Shown piece by piece: positions 30,254-40,759 of a stretch of DNA of 64,000 nt. Each line of letters begins with the position of its first letter. Position 1 is the stretch's first letter. This DNA is from Nitrospirota bacterium (lineage in GTDB: Bacteria; Nitrospirota; UBA9217): NCBI GenBank assembly GCA_963790205.1, contig CAWBNQ010000014.1:160001-224000 (forward strand), written 5' to 3'. The notes under the pieces were generated by a model. The model searched no databases. It had not been told where the DNA came from and saw only the letters and a list, made by a program, of their open reading frames with translations. The position numbers and the translations under genes were made by a program.

Positions 30254-31586
30254 CAGTTTGCTGAAAAAGTCCTTTTCAAACGTGATGTAAATGCGTATAG
30301 TGGCGCAACGGCAGTTGACAAGGAGGCCACATGCGCGGTGAAAACGAGATTCAGAGCGGGATGTTCAGTTACTTTTCTCCTGAACAGCGTGTCCCGGCCC
30401 AGCATCCTCTGCGGGCGATCAAAGCCCATGCGGATACGGTTCTTGCAGAGCTTTCGCCGGTCTTCGACTCCATGTACAGCAACATGGGGCGGCCGTCGAT
30501 CCCGCCGGAGAGGCTGCTGAAATCCCAGCTCTTGATCGCCCTGTACTCGGTGCGTTCCGAAACCCAGTTCTGCGAAATGGTGGATTATAACATTCTCTTC
30601 CGCTGGTTTTTGGATATGGACCTGGAAGAGTCGTCCTTCGATCCCACGACGTTCACGAAGAACCGGGATCGGCTTCTGGAACATCGGGTGGCCGTGAAGT
30701 TTTTTGATCGTGTGGTTAACATCGCCCGGAAAGGCGGGCTGCTCTCGGATGATCATTTTACGGTGGACGGCAGCCTTATTGAGGCCTGCGCCAGTCTGAA
30801 GAGCTTCCGTCCCAAGGACGAGGACCCTTCGGACCGCCCGACGACGGACGATGATCCGGGAAATCCCACGGTGAACTTTCGGGGTGAGAAACGGTCGAAC
30901 AAGACTCATGCTTCTACCACTGATCCCGAGTCTCGTTTGATGAAGAAGAGCGCGGGCAAGGAGGCTAAGCTTTCTTTCGGCGCCCATGCCTTGATGGAGA
31001 ACCGAAACGGCCTGCTGGTCGACATCACCGTTACCCCGGCAACGGGTGATGCGGAACGGGAGGCGGCCAAGGATATGCTTACCCGTCAGGCGCGGAAACG
31101 CGTTAAACCCAAGACCATCGGTGCCGATAAGGGCTACGATACCCAGGGCTTTGTTGAGGCCATGCGGGGCAGAGAGATCACGCCGCATGTTGCGGCCAAC
31201 ACCGAAAGAAGAGGCGGCTCTGCCATAGATGGACGCACCACGCGGCACGAAGGATACAACATCAGCCAGCGAATCCGAAAACGGGTGGAAGAGATCTTCG
31301 GATGGCTCAAGAGCATCGGCGGTTTCAGGCGGACACGGTACAAGGGAAGAGATCGAACCCACCTTCAAGCCTTGTTCGTCGGAGCTGCATACAACCTGCT
31401 GCGAATAGTAAATATCCAACGGCGAACTGCGGCTGCTACATAGCAAAAGCGCAGTAGAATCCCGATAATGGGTGCCGAAAGGCGATCTTGAATGAGCTAC
31501 AAAGTGTGTCATAGGCTTTGCAGTAGGATAAAAATCAAGCTCCGAATAGAATTTTTTAAACTGAAGGCCACTTTTTCAGCGGCCTG
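30254..31586 (+). mobile_element. IS5-family insertion sequence with CTAA target duplication
   Basis: TIRs cagtttgctgaaaaagt / actttttcagcggcctg; CTAA at 30250-30253 and 31587-31590. Confidence 0.92.
30331..31443 (+). CDS. IS5-family DDE transposase
   Basis: GRPSIPPERLL, FTVDGSLIEA, GADKGYD, RKRVEEIFGW, AAYNL motifs. Confidence 0.95.
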   Translation: MRGENEIQSGMFSYFSPEQRVPAQHPLRAIKAHADTVLAELSPVFDSMYSNMGRPSIPPERLLKSQLLIALYSVRSETQFCEMVDYNILFRWFLDMDLEESSFDPTTFTKNRDRLLEHRVAVKFFDRVVNIARKGGLLSDDHFTVDGSLIEACASLKSFRPKDEDPSDRPTTDDDPGNPTVNFRGEKRSNKTHASTTDPESRLMKKSAGKEAKLSFGAHALMENRNGLLVDITVTPATGDAEREAAKDMLTRQARKRVKPKTIGADKGYDTQGFVEAMRGREITPHVAANTERRGGSAIDGRTTRHEGYNISQRIRKRVEEIFGWLKSIGGFRRTRYKGRDRTHLQALFVGAAYNLLRIVNIQRRTAAAT

Positions 31587-31658
31587 CTAAACCATCTGTA
31601 AGCACTACTGTCCCCCACAATTTTGATCCGAAGAGGGCATTCCGTGAAAACTCCCGCC

Positions 31659-32320
<662 letters not shown>

Positions 32321-32452
32321 TCATTGCAATATGATTATAATTTTTTGAGCTTGATTTTTCTCTCCGCCGCCCCGGACAACTCATGCGCTAACCGAGCGAT
32401 CTACCGACGCTAACAAGCTGCCTTATTGCGGTCGGTCTCGGCTGATTATAAA

Positions 32453-32692
32453 TCACTGATGCAATTTCAACGAAAGCCTCCCGGAGCGCCACACACACAT
32501 GACAAACTGATATTTCAAGACCTGATATTTCAAGACCTGGCCCCAGGAGGTCCCAAAGACCTTAATGAGACCTAACTTCTCTAGCTCCGACAACGAGCGC
32601 CGCCCGCTCAATTCCACCGAGCCTTCAAGCTGCCGGAGCGCTTTTTGATAGTGATCGAACCGTTGTTGCCAGCGAATATCCAGGGTGCTCAT
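32453..32692 (-). pseudogene. Truncated HI0074-like HEPN (nucleotidyltransferase substrate-binding) gene
   Basis: DIRWQQRFDHYQKALRQL...LSELEKLGLIKVF, then runs into a ggggccaggtcttgaaatatca repeat. Confidence 0.7.
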
Positions 32693-32768
32693 CGTTCTTT
32701 CTTTGCGAAATCCTAAACAGTGCGACGCAACAGGCGCATCAACGTCCCGGAGTCGCGTGAGGGTGAGG

Positions 32769-33077
32769 TTAAAGAACATCCCAAGGCTTGGGCTCCAACC
32801 GACCCAGGTCTCGGCCTCCGTGGAAAACTGTAAGTATCAGAATGCGGTCCGGCTCGGCAAGGTAGATGATACGATAGTTCTGGAAGAGCAATTCACGGAT
32901 GGCGTCGTCTTCAGCTTCGGGAACGGCCCGCCCGATGCGGGGATGGTTCGGCAGGGTTTCGGCAGCCTCGATGATCCGTGAGATAAATCGTGCTGCGTAA
33001 GTGACAGAGTCCTTCGCAATATAGTCTCTGATGCTCTCCAGGTCGAGAACGGCGGGCTCGGTCCATTCGAGCTTCAT
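32769..33077 (-). CDS. RelE/ParE family toxin
   Basis: WTEPAVLDLESIRDYIAKDS...GRAVPE...RELLFQNYRIIY. Confidence 0.92.
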   Translation of the reverse strand: MKLEWTEPAVLDLESIRDYIAKDSVTYAARFISRIIEAAETLPNHPRIGRAVPEAEDDAIRELLFQNYRIIYLAEPDRILILTVFHGGRDLGRLEPKPWDVL

Positions 33078-33253
33078 TTGGAAAGCAGCCTTTTTTTTGC
33101 TTCCTCATGGGAAACAACACGGCCCTCGTCGGCAGCCTTCAAACCGGCGGCGATCTTTTTCTTCACGTACAACTCATACATGATGTCGTCCCAGGTGGCC
33201 GTGTCAGGCAGCTTCTCGATCAGCTTTTTCGCTTCGTCCTTCACAAGGTTCAT
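33074..33253 (-). CDS. Putative antitoxin of the RelE/ParE pair
   Basis: KLPDTATWDDIMYELYV...GRVVSHEE; ATGA overlap with the toxin. Confidence 0.85.
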   Translation of the reverse strand: MNLVKDEAKKLIEKLPDTATWDDIMYELYVKKKIAAGLKAADEGRVVSHEEAKKRLLSK

Positions 33254-33458
33254 GGTTTCATCTCCCGTCTTTGTCCCTTGGCGTCTTACTACGTCTGACG
33301 CTGTATATATTATATCATTTCGACGCAGCCTGAACAATATTGTTTTTCTGAAACCTACACAGCACCATACACCGGCTGATCGATCTGCGGTCAACGGCAT
33401 TGGCTTGAAATGCAACATTCAAGACGCGACCCTATGGATTTTCTATGGATTTTGCCAC

Positions 33459-33697
33459 CTTCTGACCGTCTGCCCCTGTGTGAAGCCTGCCATCTTCGCT
33501 GTAATCTGCGGTCCAATGCACGGGTGATCCTGTCCCAGTCTATGCCGCCGACTTCCGTTCTGACGTTCTTCTGAATAAACCGATACACGTGCGGAGCATG
33601 CAGCCGTATCCAGGGACTGCAAAACGTATGAGGCTGTATAGTTCTGAGAAGTTTGTTGATTGCCTTAACAGCGGAAACAAAATCCAAGGAATCAGCA
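33459..33697 (-). pseudogene. Truncated duplicate of the 29609-30229 gene
   Basis: Direct repeat of ~30002-30240; ATG is TTG here and homology stops after GRRSE. Confidence 0.75.
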
Positions 33698-33803
33698 AGA
33701 AGTCCGGTGCTGGAGGGCGGTCTTTTCGTGGATCAATCCTGTCTGATAATAAATCCTCGATGCAATTTCAACAACAATATCTCCCGGCAGTCCCAAAGCC
33801 ATA

Positions 33804-34592
33804 TCATGGCTTATTCGGCTTATAGCGATTTTCTATGTCACTAGATAATTGTTTTAGCCGACTGTGTTTAGTGTCGATCACAAATATTTTTTCCAGCACA
33901 TATTCAATTATTTCATAAGCTGTTATTAGATCATTCTTATCCAACTCTGTCGCATGCGAAGCTTCATTTCCTAGCCACTTTATGGCTAACAGCATTTCTC
34001 CAAGATCATTATTCATCTTTCGAAACTCCTGAATCCGTGAATGCAAGTTGTTGCTCTTTTGAACTTGTTGATTGTCGAGAAGTATTTCAATGCAAGTTCT
34101 TAATTTATTGCCTGCAGAGCTAGAGTCAGCAAAAAATACCGAGAACGATTTTGCCAATTCGCGTTTAATATCTTTCGGGTATTCTTTCTCCAAAGGGAAT
34201 ATCGGCAAAGGTGGAGAAAAAAATTCAGGAATCATAAATACGCTTTCTTTATTTAAAGATTGATTTTGACTGCGTAGGATTTCAGCTCGACCACAAACGC
34301 TGACAACTTCGCTGCAAGCTTCACATCGAAGGAAAGCATTAAAACGAGCTTGCTTAACCAGCTGTTGAATAAAGGCTTTCCCTAAATCCACTAATATGCC
34401 GAGAAGAATGCCATTTTCAAAATCTTCCTTTTGAAATTCATCACGGCTATACTGTTTATTCACAGGGCGAAGGCACAAGCTTTGCTGTTCCAAAACAAGT
34501 TTGCCATCAGCACAATTCGGACACGGCCATTCCGGAACGTGCTCTGGCGAAATAGATGCTATCGATTTTTTCCACAGCTCTTTATCAATCAT
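33804..34592 (-). CDS. DUF4145 (HEPN-like) protein with Zn-ribbon motifs
   Basis: CPNC, CEAC; LRTCIEILLD...LHSRI...WLGNEASH; AT-rich. Confidence 0.78.
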   Translation of the reverse strand: MIDKELWKKSIASISPEHVPEWPCPNCADGKLVLEQQSLCLRPVNKQYSRDEFQKEDFENGILLGILVDLGKAFIQQLVKQARFNAFLRCEACSEVVSVCGRAEILRSQNQSLNKESVFMIPEFFSPPLPIFPLEKEYPKDIKRELAKSFSVFFADSSSAGNKLRTCIEILLDNQQVQKSNNLHSRIQEFRKMNNDLGEMLLAIKWLGNEASHATELDKNDLITAYEIIEYVLEKIFVIDTKHSRLKQLSSDIENRYKPNKP

Positions 34593-34713
34593 AGTAAAAT
34601 GAAGTAATCCACATTAGGGGCGCAAGTGTCATAAACGTTTTTCAAGCCATGAGCGCACGCATTCCCCATGTTTGCTTTGTCAAGTTTTGCTCTGCTCAAA
34701 CCGACTGACTTCC

Positions 34714-35985
34714 TCACTCAACTGGCACTTCATTTATTGAAATGAGAAGATTTCCCTGTTTTATCTCAGGGTAATTGTTTATGTGCATTTCATAGCCCAT
34801 TTCAAACGTCCTCATTTTGTCTTCGCTTCGGAATCTGATAAAAAATGATTTCGGCTGCCATTCTTTACCATGTTTCAAACTATTGCGCCAATATTTGACG
34901 GTGTTTTCTCGAATATCTACAATCGGTCCGCTATCAGTACCTGCCAGATTTGCAGGCATCCCAGAAACGAGGTAAGAAGAAAGCAAGTTGTTTTGCTGAT
35001 CGGCATATACGCTTTCAGAAAAAGTCTCGAAATTCGGCCTTTGTGGTTCCATTGGTAATGGGGGCAATTTTTTCATTGGGATGATATGACGTGGTAGCAT
35101 TAATGTAACTTCGACATCTTCGGCGGGTACAGTACCAGTGTTGACAAAAACAGGGCTTATTTCCATTGACAAATCATGAGTCTCCTGGGATTTTCTTAAG
35201 ACCTTGAGATATTCGCGATATTTGGACGGATAATCTTCAATAGCTTTATTATACTTGTCTATAGTGTTATTCATAAATTGTACAGCGGCGATCACAATCG
35301 GTTTCTCTGGTCTCACGATCTTCAGTTCTCTGGGAAGTCTAGAGATTATCTCCTCAATATATTCATCTGTATATTTTTTGCTTTTAAATTTTAAACTTCC
35401 AAATGATATACGCAAATTGTCAGTTAGATCATTCCCTGACGATAAAAGTATCTGAACATCTGGCATCTTCGTCTGCAATTTTTTTATAGTTTCGTCCTGT
35501 TGAACAATTTTTTTATCACGAGGGTCCTTAATTTCTTTTTTCCACTCCTTCGGTGGTGCCACTACTTTAAGGCAATTGGCTTTCGCTTTTAATTTCATGC
35601 CCAAATCAGCAGTAACCAGACAAATATCATCTTGAGCCTTTAATTTCTTTAATGCCAGGATTTCTGTGATAATGATATTGTCCTGATTTTTTTCTTTCAG
35701 CAGATTCTGGGAAATTTCATCTAAATGGAGTGTTGTGGGAAACTCAACGTTGAATTTAGCTGGAGTAGACAGACCATCGCTGATTTCATCTAGCCTAGCA
35801 ATAACTTCCTGCGCTCTTTTCCGTATTCGCGTATCCTGTGCATCATATTTTTTTTCATCGAGTTCTTTAAGGATTGATGGGGGTACAATCAGGGTTAAGT
35901 TGCTGTCGCCCAATAAAGTCGCCCAGTCTCTATCAACAAAAGAATGGTAATGGAGATACATATTTGTGTCCAGTACAAATTTCAA
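34714..35985 (-). CDS. PIN-domain protein with unknown C-terminal region
   Basis: FVLDTN, ILKELDEKK, DNII, LVTADLGMKLKA; AT-rich. Confidence 0.8.
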   Translation of the reverse strand: MKFVLDTNMYLHYHSFVDRDWATLLGDSNLTLIVPPSILKELDEKKYDAQDTRIRKRAQEVIARLDEISDGLSTPAKFNVEFPTTLHLDEISQNLLKEKNQDNIIITEILALKKLKAQDDICLVTADLGMKLKAKANCLKVVAPPKEWKKEIKDPRDKKIVQQDETIKKLQTKMPDVQILLSSGNDLTDNLRISFGSLKFKSKKYTDEYIEEIISRLPRELKIVRPEKPIVIAAVQFMNNTIDKYNKAIEDYPSKYREYLKVLRKSQETHDLSMEISPVFVNTGTVPAEDVEVTLMLPRHIIPMKKLPPLPMEPQRPNFETFSESVYADQQNNLLSSYLVSGMPANLAGTDSGPIVDIRENTVKYWRNSLKHGKEWQPKSFFIRFRSEDKMRTFEMGYEMHINNYPEIKQGNLLISINEVPVE

Positions 35986-36048
35986 TCAGCTACTCCTATT
36001 GATGCTTATTTCCTTTGCCTGTAATTACCACAATATGACCGCTGCTAT

Positions 36049-36491
36049 TCATTTTACCTGCTCAACAAGTCGCCTCTCGTCATCCGTCAGTCCATACAGT
36101 TCATACACCAACTGATCTATCTGCTGGTCAACGGCGTCGATCTTGCGTTGAAGAGCAGTTTTTTCGTGATCTGTTTTCACCTCGGGTAGTTGTGCATTGA
36201 GCAAAAGCATTTGCTCAACAAGTGACACATTTTGTCATGCAAGGCTTTTTCGTGCGAGTCGGACACCGGGGCCTTGGTAGCGCCGCCGATCTTGAGGGCG
36301 TCCTCGTGGATCACTTCCCGGTATGCTTCGGCGTAGCCGGCTTTGTTGGCCATGTCCCAGCCAAGAGCCCCGAAGAACGGGTTCAGAAAATCCTGACGAA
36401 GCTGTGCCTCGTTGTATTGCCCGGACTTGTAGGTTTCAAGGTTCCGGTCGAAGCGTTCGATCAGATCAGCGATTTCTTTCGGCAGTCCCAT
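36049..36491 (-). pseudogene. Internally deleted type IIG (Eco57I/TaqI-like) restriction-modification gene
   Basis: N-terminus YNEAQLRQDFLNPFFGALGWD...KAP joined to C-terminus HDKM...QIDQLVYELYGLTDDE..LVE. Confidence 0.8.
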
Positions 36492-36677
36492 CAGCACCCC
36501 GCGCATTTGTCACTGGAGAAACGGACTGCTCAAGAGTAGCATAACCCGGCTTAGAAATAAACGGAAAACTGAAAAATGAGAGGATGAAGCGTTGGTCTAA
36601 AGTTACGAGAGTTGGCGTTGGCAGGTAAAAAAATCCCGCCTATTCTAATCCATAGGCAGGCAAGTCTTCAAAATATC

Positions 36678-36845
36678 TCACGCCCGGTTGCAGGGGCGGC
36701 GGGAGATCTTCTCCCAGGTCTCGTCGTCGATCTGGTCAGCGTACTCCTTGATCGAAAATTCCTTGCCGCACACCGTGCAGCGAAAGGTCACGTTGCGTCA
36801 ACCGATGCGGAGCTCGACTTCCTTCTTGCAAAACTTGCACTTCAT
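36678..36845 (-). CDS. Dual CXXC motif small selenoprotein (UGA at 36798-36800)
   Basis: MKCKFCKKEVELRIG-U-RNVTFRCTVCGKEFSIKEYADQIDDETWEKISRRPCNRA*; hairpin GCTGCAC-GGT-GTGCGGC 16 nt after the UGA. Confidence 0.82.
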
Positions 36846-36863
36846 TCCACTATCCTAATCTTG

Positions 36864-36971
36864 GCCACGGATGGACACGGATGAACACGGATGGTACGCG
36901 TGCCGCCTATGAATGACACTGGATTCCTGCTTTCGCAGGAATGACGACTTTTATTCCGCATTCCGCAATCG
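36864..36971. repeat. Cluster of intergenic repeats
   Basis: (cacggatg) x3; REP-like ctggattcctgc-tttc-gcaggaatgac; attccgc x2. Confidence 0.65.
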
Positions 36972-36973
36972 AA

Positions 36974-38745
36974 TTACTCCACGATGTCCAGCTTGATCGA
37001 CAGCTCCCGGAGCTGGGCGGGAGTGACCCTGGACGGGGCCTCGGTCATGACGCAGATGGCCTTCTGTGTCTTCGGGAAAGCGATCACGTCGCGGATGGAC
37101 GTGGCCCCGGTGAGGAGAGCGGTAAGCCGGTCGAGACCGAAGGCAAGGCCCCCATGGGGCGGCGCGCCGAACTCGAGTGCCTCAAGCAGGAACCCGAACT
37201 TTTTCCGGGCGTCCTCTTCGGATATATTCAGCAGGCCGAACATCTTGGACTGGACCTCGGAGCGGTGGATGCGGATGCTGCCTCCGCCGATCTCCGAGCC
37301 GTTCAGAACGATATCGTAGGCCTTCGCCCTGACCTTGAGGGGCTCCGTTTCCATGAACTGCAGGTCCTCGTCCTTCGGCGCAGTAAAAGGATGGTGCATG
37401 GCGTCGTACCGTTTCTCTTCCGGGCTCCACTCCACGAGCGGAAAGTCCGTGACCCAGAGGAAGTTGAATTTGCTCTCGTCGATGAGGTTCAGCCGCTTGC
37501 CCATGAGGAGCCGCAGATAGCCCAGCGTCTCGGCCACGACCTTCCGGCCGTCGGCAATGAACATCATGAGGTCGCCGGGCTTTGCCCCAAGCCGCTCCGC
37601 AATGGCTTTGACCTGGCCGTCCTTGAAGAACTTTGCGATCGGCGACTCGAAGCCCGCGTCGGTCACCTTGATCCAGGCCAGTCCCTTCGCCCCAAAGACC
37701 TTTGCCTCGTTCGTGAGGTCGTCAACCTCTTTTCGCGATAGACCCGCCATGCCCGGCGCGGCGAAACCTTTGACCTGGCCGCCCAGTTCCACGGCCTGGA
37801 GAAATACTTTAAAGTCGGACGCCTTCGCAATCTCGGAAATGTCCTTCAGTTCGAGTCCGAAGCGCGTGTCGGGCTTGTCCGAGCCATAGCGGTCCATGGC
37901 GTCGCGGTAGGTCAGGCGCGGGAAAGGTCGGATGAGCTCTACGCCCTTGACCGCTTTGAAAACCTCGGACAAGAGCTCCTCCATGAGCGACATAACGTCA
38001 TCTTCCTCGACAAAGGACATCTCGAGGTCGATCTGGGTGAATTCGGGCTGCCGGTCGGCGCGCAGGTCTTCGTCGCGGAAACACTTCACGATCTGGTAAT
38101 AGCGCTCGAACCCCGCCACCATCAGGATCTGCTTGAAGAGCTGAGGCGACTGCGGGAGCGCGTAGAACATGCCGGGGTTCACCCTGCTCGGCACCAGATA
38201 GTCGCGGGCGCCCTCTGGCGTGCTTTTCGTCAAGAACGGGGTTTCGATATCAACGAACCCGTGGTTGTCGAGGAAACGCCGCACGGTCCGGGTTATCTGG
38301 TGGCGCGTGATCAGCACCTTCTGGAGGCTCGGCCGCCGGAGGTCGAGATAGCGGTACTTGAGCCTGAGGGATTCGGCGACATCGGTCTCGTCCTCGATCA
38401 TGAACGGCGGGGTCTTGGACTCGTTCAGGATCAGAGGCGGCTCACCAGGACCTCGATCTCTCCCGTTTTCAGCTTGGCGTTCACGGTATTGCCCGGCCGC
38501 GGAGCAACGCTGCCGGTAACGGCGATCACGAACTCGCTCCTGATGTCGCCTGCCAGCGAGTGCGCGTCAGCGGATGTTTCGGGATTAAAAACCACCTGCG
38601 TGATGCCGCCGCGGTCCCGAAGGTCGATGAAGATCAGCCCTCCGTGGTCCCTTCTGGTGTGCACCCAGCCCATCAGGGTCACGGTCGCGCCCACGTTTTT
38701 TTTCGTCAAGTCCCCGCAGGTATGCGTCTTTTTCGTTGAGCTCAC
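36974..38745 (-). CDS. aspS: Aspartyl-tRNA synthetase (indel near 38432)
   Basis: [32 protein letters not shown] motifs. Confidence 0.96.
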
Positions 38746-38977
38746 CGGTTCGACAGCCTTTCTTGGTATGATGCAAAACAGGCAGGATAATAGCATCTCA
38801 TCCGCCATAAAGTCAAGCATAGGTTATGAAGCAAGCCAAGACAACGGCGCACTCACACGAAGACACGAAGAAAGACAAAACCGGGTTTCCTTTGTGGCTT
38901 CGTGTGAAAATTGGTTTTGTTTGACTCAAAATTCAAGATCCAGGATTGTAAATACTTTAGGGGCGGCGGGAAAAAAT

Positions 38978-39001
38978 AAGGCGGTGAGAATTCACCGCCT
39001 T
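38978..39001. terminator. Intrinsic terminator
   Basis: aaggcggtga-gaat-tcaccgcctt flanked by A and T runs. Confidence 0.7.
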
Positions 39002-39042
39002 TGTTGTTATGCATGGTGACTGCTGAAAGACAGACCTTTTAG

Positions 39043-39225
39043 TTAGATGGCCTTCTCTTTCCAGCATTTATCGCACAACCACATCATGCCGCGCACCTTG
39101 CCGGTCGTGGTCATCATTTTTGCCGCCTGCATGGGCTTACCGCAGCACTGGGGATTGAGGCTGACAATTGCCTTCTTGGTGGCCGCTTTGGCCGTTTTGC
39201 TCATTGTTTTGCTTACTTCTGCCAT
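39043..39225 (-). CDS. Small basic Zn-ribbon-like protein
   Basis: GGAGGTG RBS; CCGKPM...CDKC; own terminator. Confidence 0.65.
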   Translation of the reverse strand: MAEVSKTMSKTAKAATKKAIVSLNPQCCGKPMQAAKMMTTTGKVRGMMWLCDKCWKEKAI

Positions 39226-39501
39226 GAAACTTCACCTCCATCTCAAATTCAAACAAACCGGTGCATTCTAACCATATCGGGGAAAATGTCAAGCAAAAAT
39301 TTTTGAAAGCGTGTCCCCATGCGCGCGCCGGCAAGGCATTCTGGGGCATTTTCAAGTGAGGCATTGCGAGAGACAATAAAAAAATATTGATAATCATAAC
39401 GTTTATAATAAGCGAATCTAAAAATAGCAAAAGTTTTTCTTGACTATATTTATTCGGCTTTGGTATTATGTCAGATACCATTAAGGGGGAATGCGGCGTT
39501 C

Positions 39502-40255
39502 ATGGATCTTTCGCACGGGTTAACATTGTATTTACTGCTGTACTCGCTTGCCATGGGTGTCATATCATTCGCCTCTCCCTGCATCTTGCCCCTCATCCCT
39601 TCCTATGTCTCCTACATCACGGGAATCAGCTACGACGAGTTGGTGGGCCGCGAGTCCCGCAGAAAGAACATGAACACGACCCTGCTCCACTCCCTGGCCT
39701 TTGTGACCGGATTCTCGATCATCTTCGTGCTCCTGGGGGCCACGGCGAGCCTGGCGGGCAACGTCCTGTCGCAGCACCTGGACGCCATCCGGATCACGGG
39801 CGGCGTGCTCATCATTGTCATGGGGATATTCGTGATGGACGTGGTGAACATCCCCTTCCTCCAGCGGGAGGCGAAACTCCACCTCAAGACGCGGCCGGCC
39901 GGCTACGCGGGCACGGTGGTGGTGGGGATGATCTTCGGCGCGGGCTGGACCCCCTGCACCGGACCGTTCCTCGGCTCGGTGCTGGCGCTGGCAATGACGG
40001 CGAAAACCCTGGACCGGGGCATGGCGCTGCTGGCGTTCTACTCACTCGGCCTCGGCGTGCCCTTCATCCTCTCGGCCATCGCCATCAGCGCGTTCCTCTC
40101 CTCCTTCGACAGGTTGAGAAAGCATTTCAAGGCCATAAAGATTACAAGCGGCGTCATATCTGATCGCCATGGGAATACTCCTGGTGACGGACAGCATGAC
40201 GCTGTTGACTTCATACATACTCATTACATGGGAGAATGTGAAAAAATTATGGTAG
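39502..40255 (+). CDS. ccdA: Cytochrome c biogenesis protein CcdA (indel near 40160)
   Basis: SPCILPLIP and GWTPCTGP; shifted frame continues LIAMGILLVT...LW*. Confidence 0.88.
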
Positions 40256-40668
40256 CTGACAGCCTCGATGTATTAAATGACAAAGATGCGGCCCTCTACA
40301 CGATGGGGGTGGCGGCAAAGCTGGTGGGGACGACGGCCCAGACGCTGCGGCTCTACGAGAAGCACGGTCTGATCCTGCCGACGCGCGAGCGCAGGAACAG
40401 GCTCTACACGGAGAACGACATCAAGTGGCTGCGTTGTATCCGCGAGCTGATCCACTCCAAAAAGATCAGTATCGAAGGCATCAAGAAGCTTCTCGACTAC
40501 GCGCCCTGCTGGGAGATCAAGGATTGTCCGGACGAGCGGCGCATGGCGTGCACGGCCTTCGCCGACAAGAGCAAGCCCTGCTGGGAGACCACCCGGTGCC
40601 GCAAGGAGAATGACTGCTCGACCTGCGTGGTCTTTTTAAGGAACGGGAAAAAGGCGGCGAAGAAATAA
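40249..40668 (+). CDS. MerR/HspR-like regulator with Cys-rich two-CW C-terminal domain
   Basis: QTLRLYEKHGLI.P.R; CWEIKDC...C...PCW...C...CSTC. Confidence 0.85.
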   Translation: MVADSLDVLNDKDAALYTMGVAAKLVGTTAQTLRLYEKHGLILPTRERRNRLYTENDIKWLRCIRELIHSKKISIEGIKKLLDYAPCWEIKDCPDERRMACTAFADKSKPCWETTRCRKENDCSTCVVFLRNGKKAAKK

Positions 40669-40759
40669 ACGATAGACGAAGGACGACCGCTCACTTTGTT
40701 CGTTCGGACGATGGACGCAGTTTTTAAATCGTCCCTCTTCCATCGTCCCTCAGCATTTC

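Noticed and set aside
36864..36893. CRISPR-like repeats here and at 32505-32545
   Set aside because: Units are 9-15 bp tandem repeats with no spacers and no cas genes
39460..40668. 402-aa CcdA-MerR fusion ORF
   Set aside because: An extra base near 40160 diverts ccdA; the last TM helix (LIAMGILLVT) is in another frame ending at 40255, so the fusion is probably an artefact
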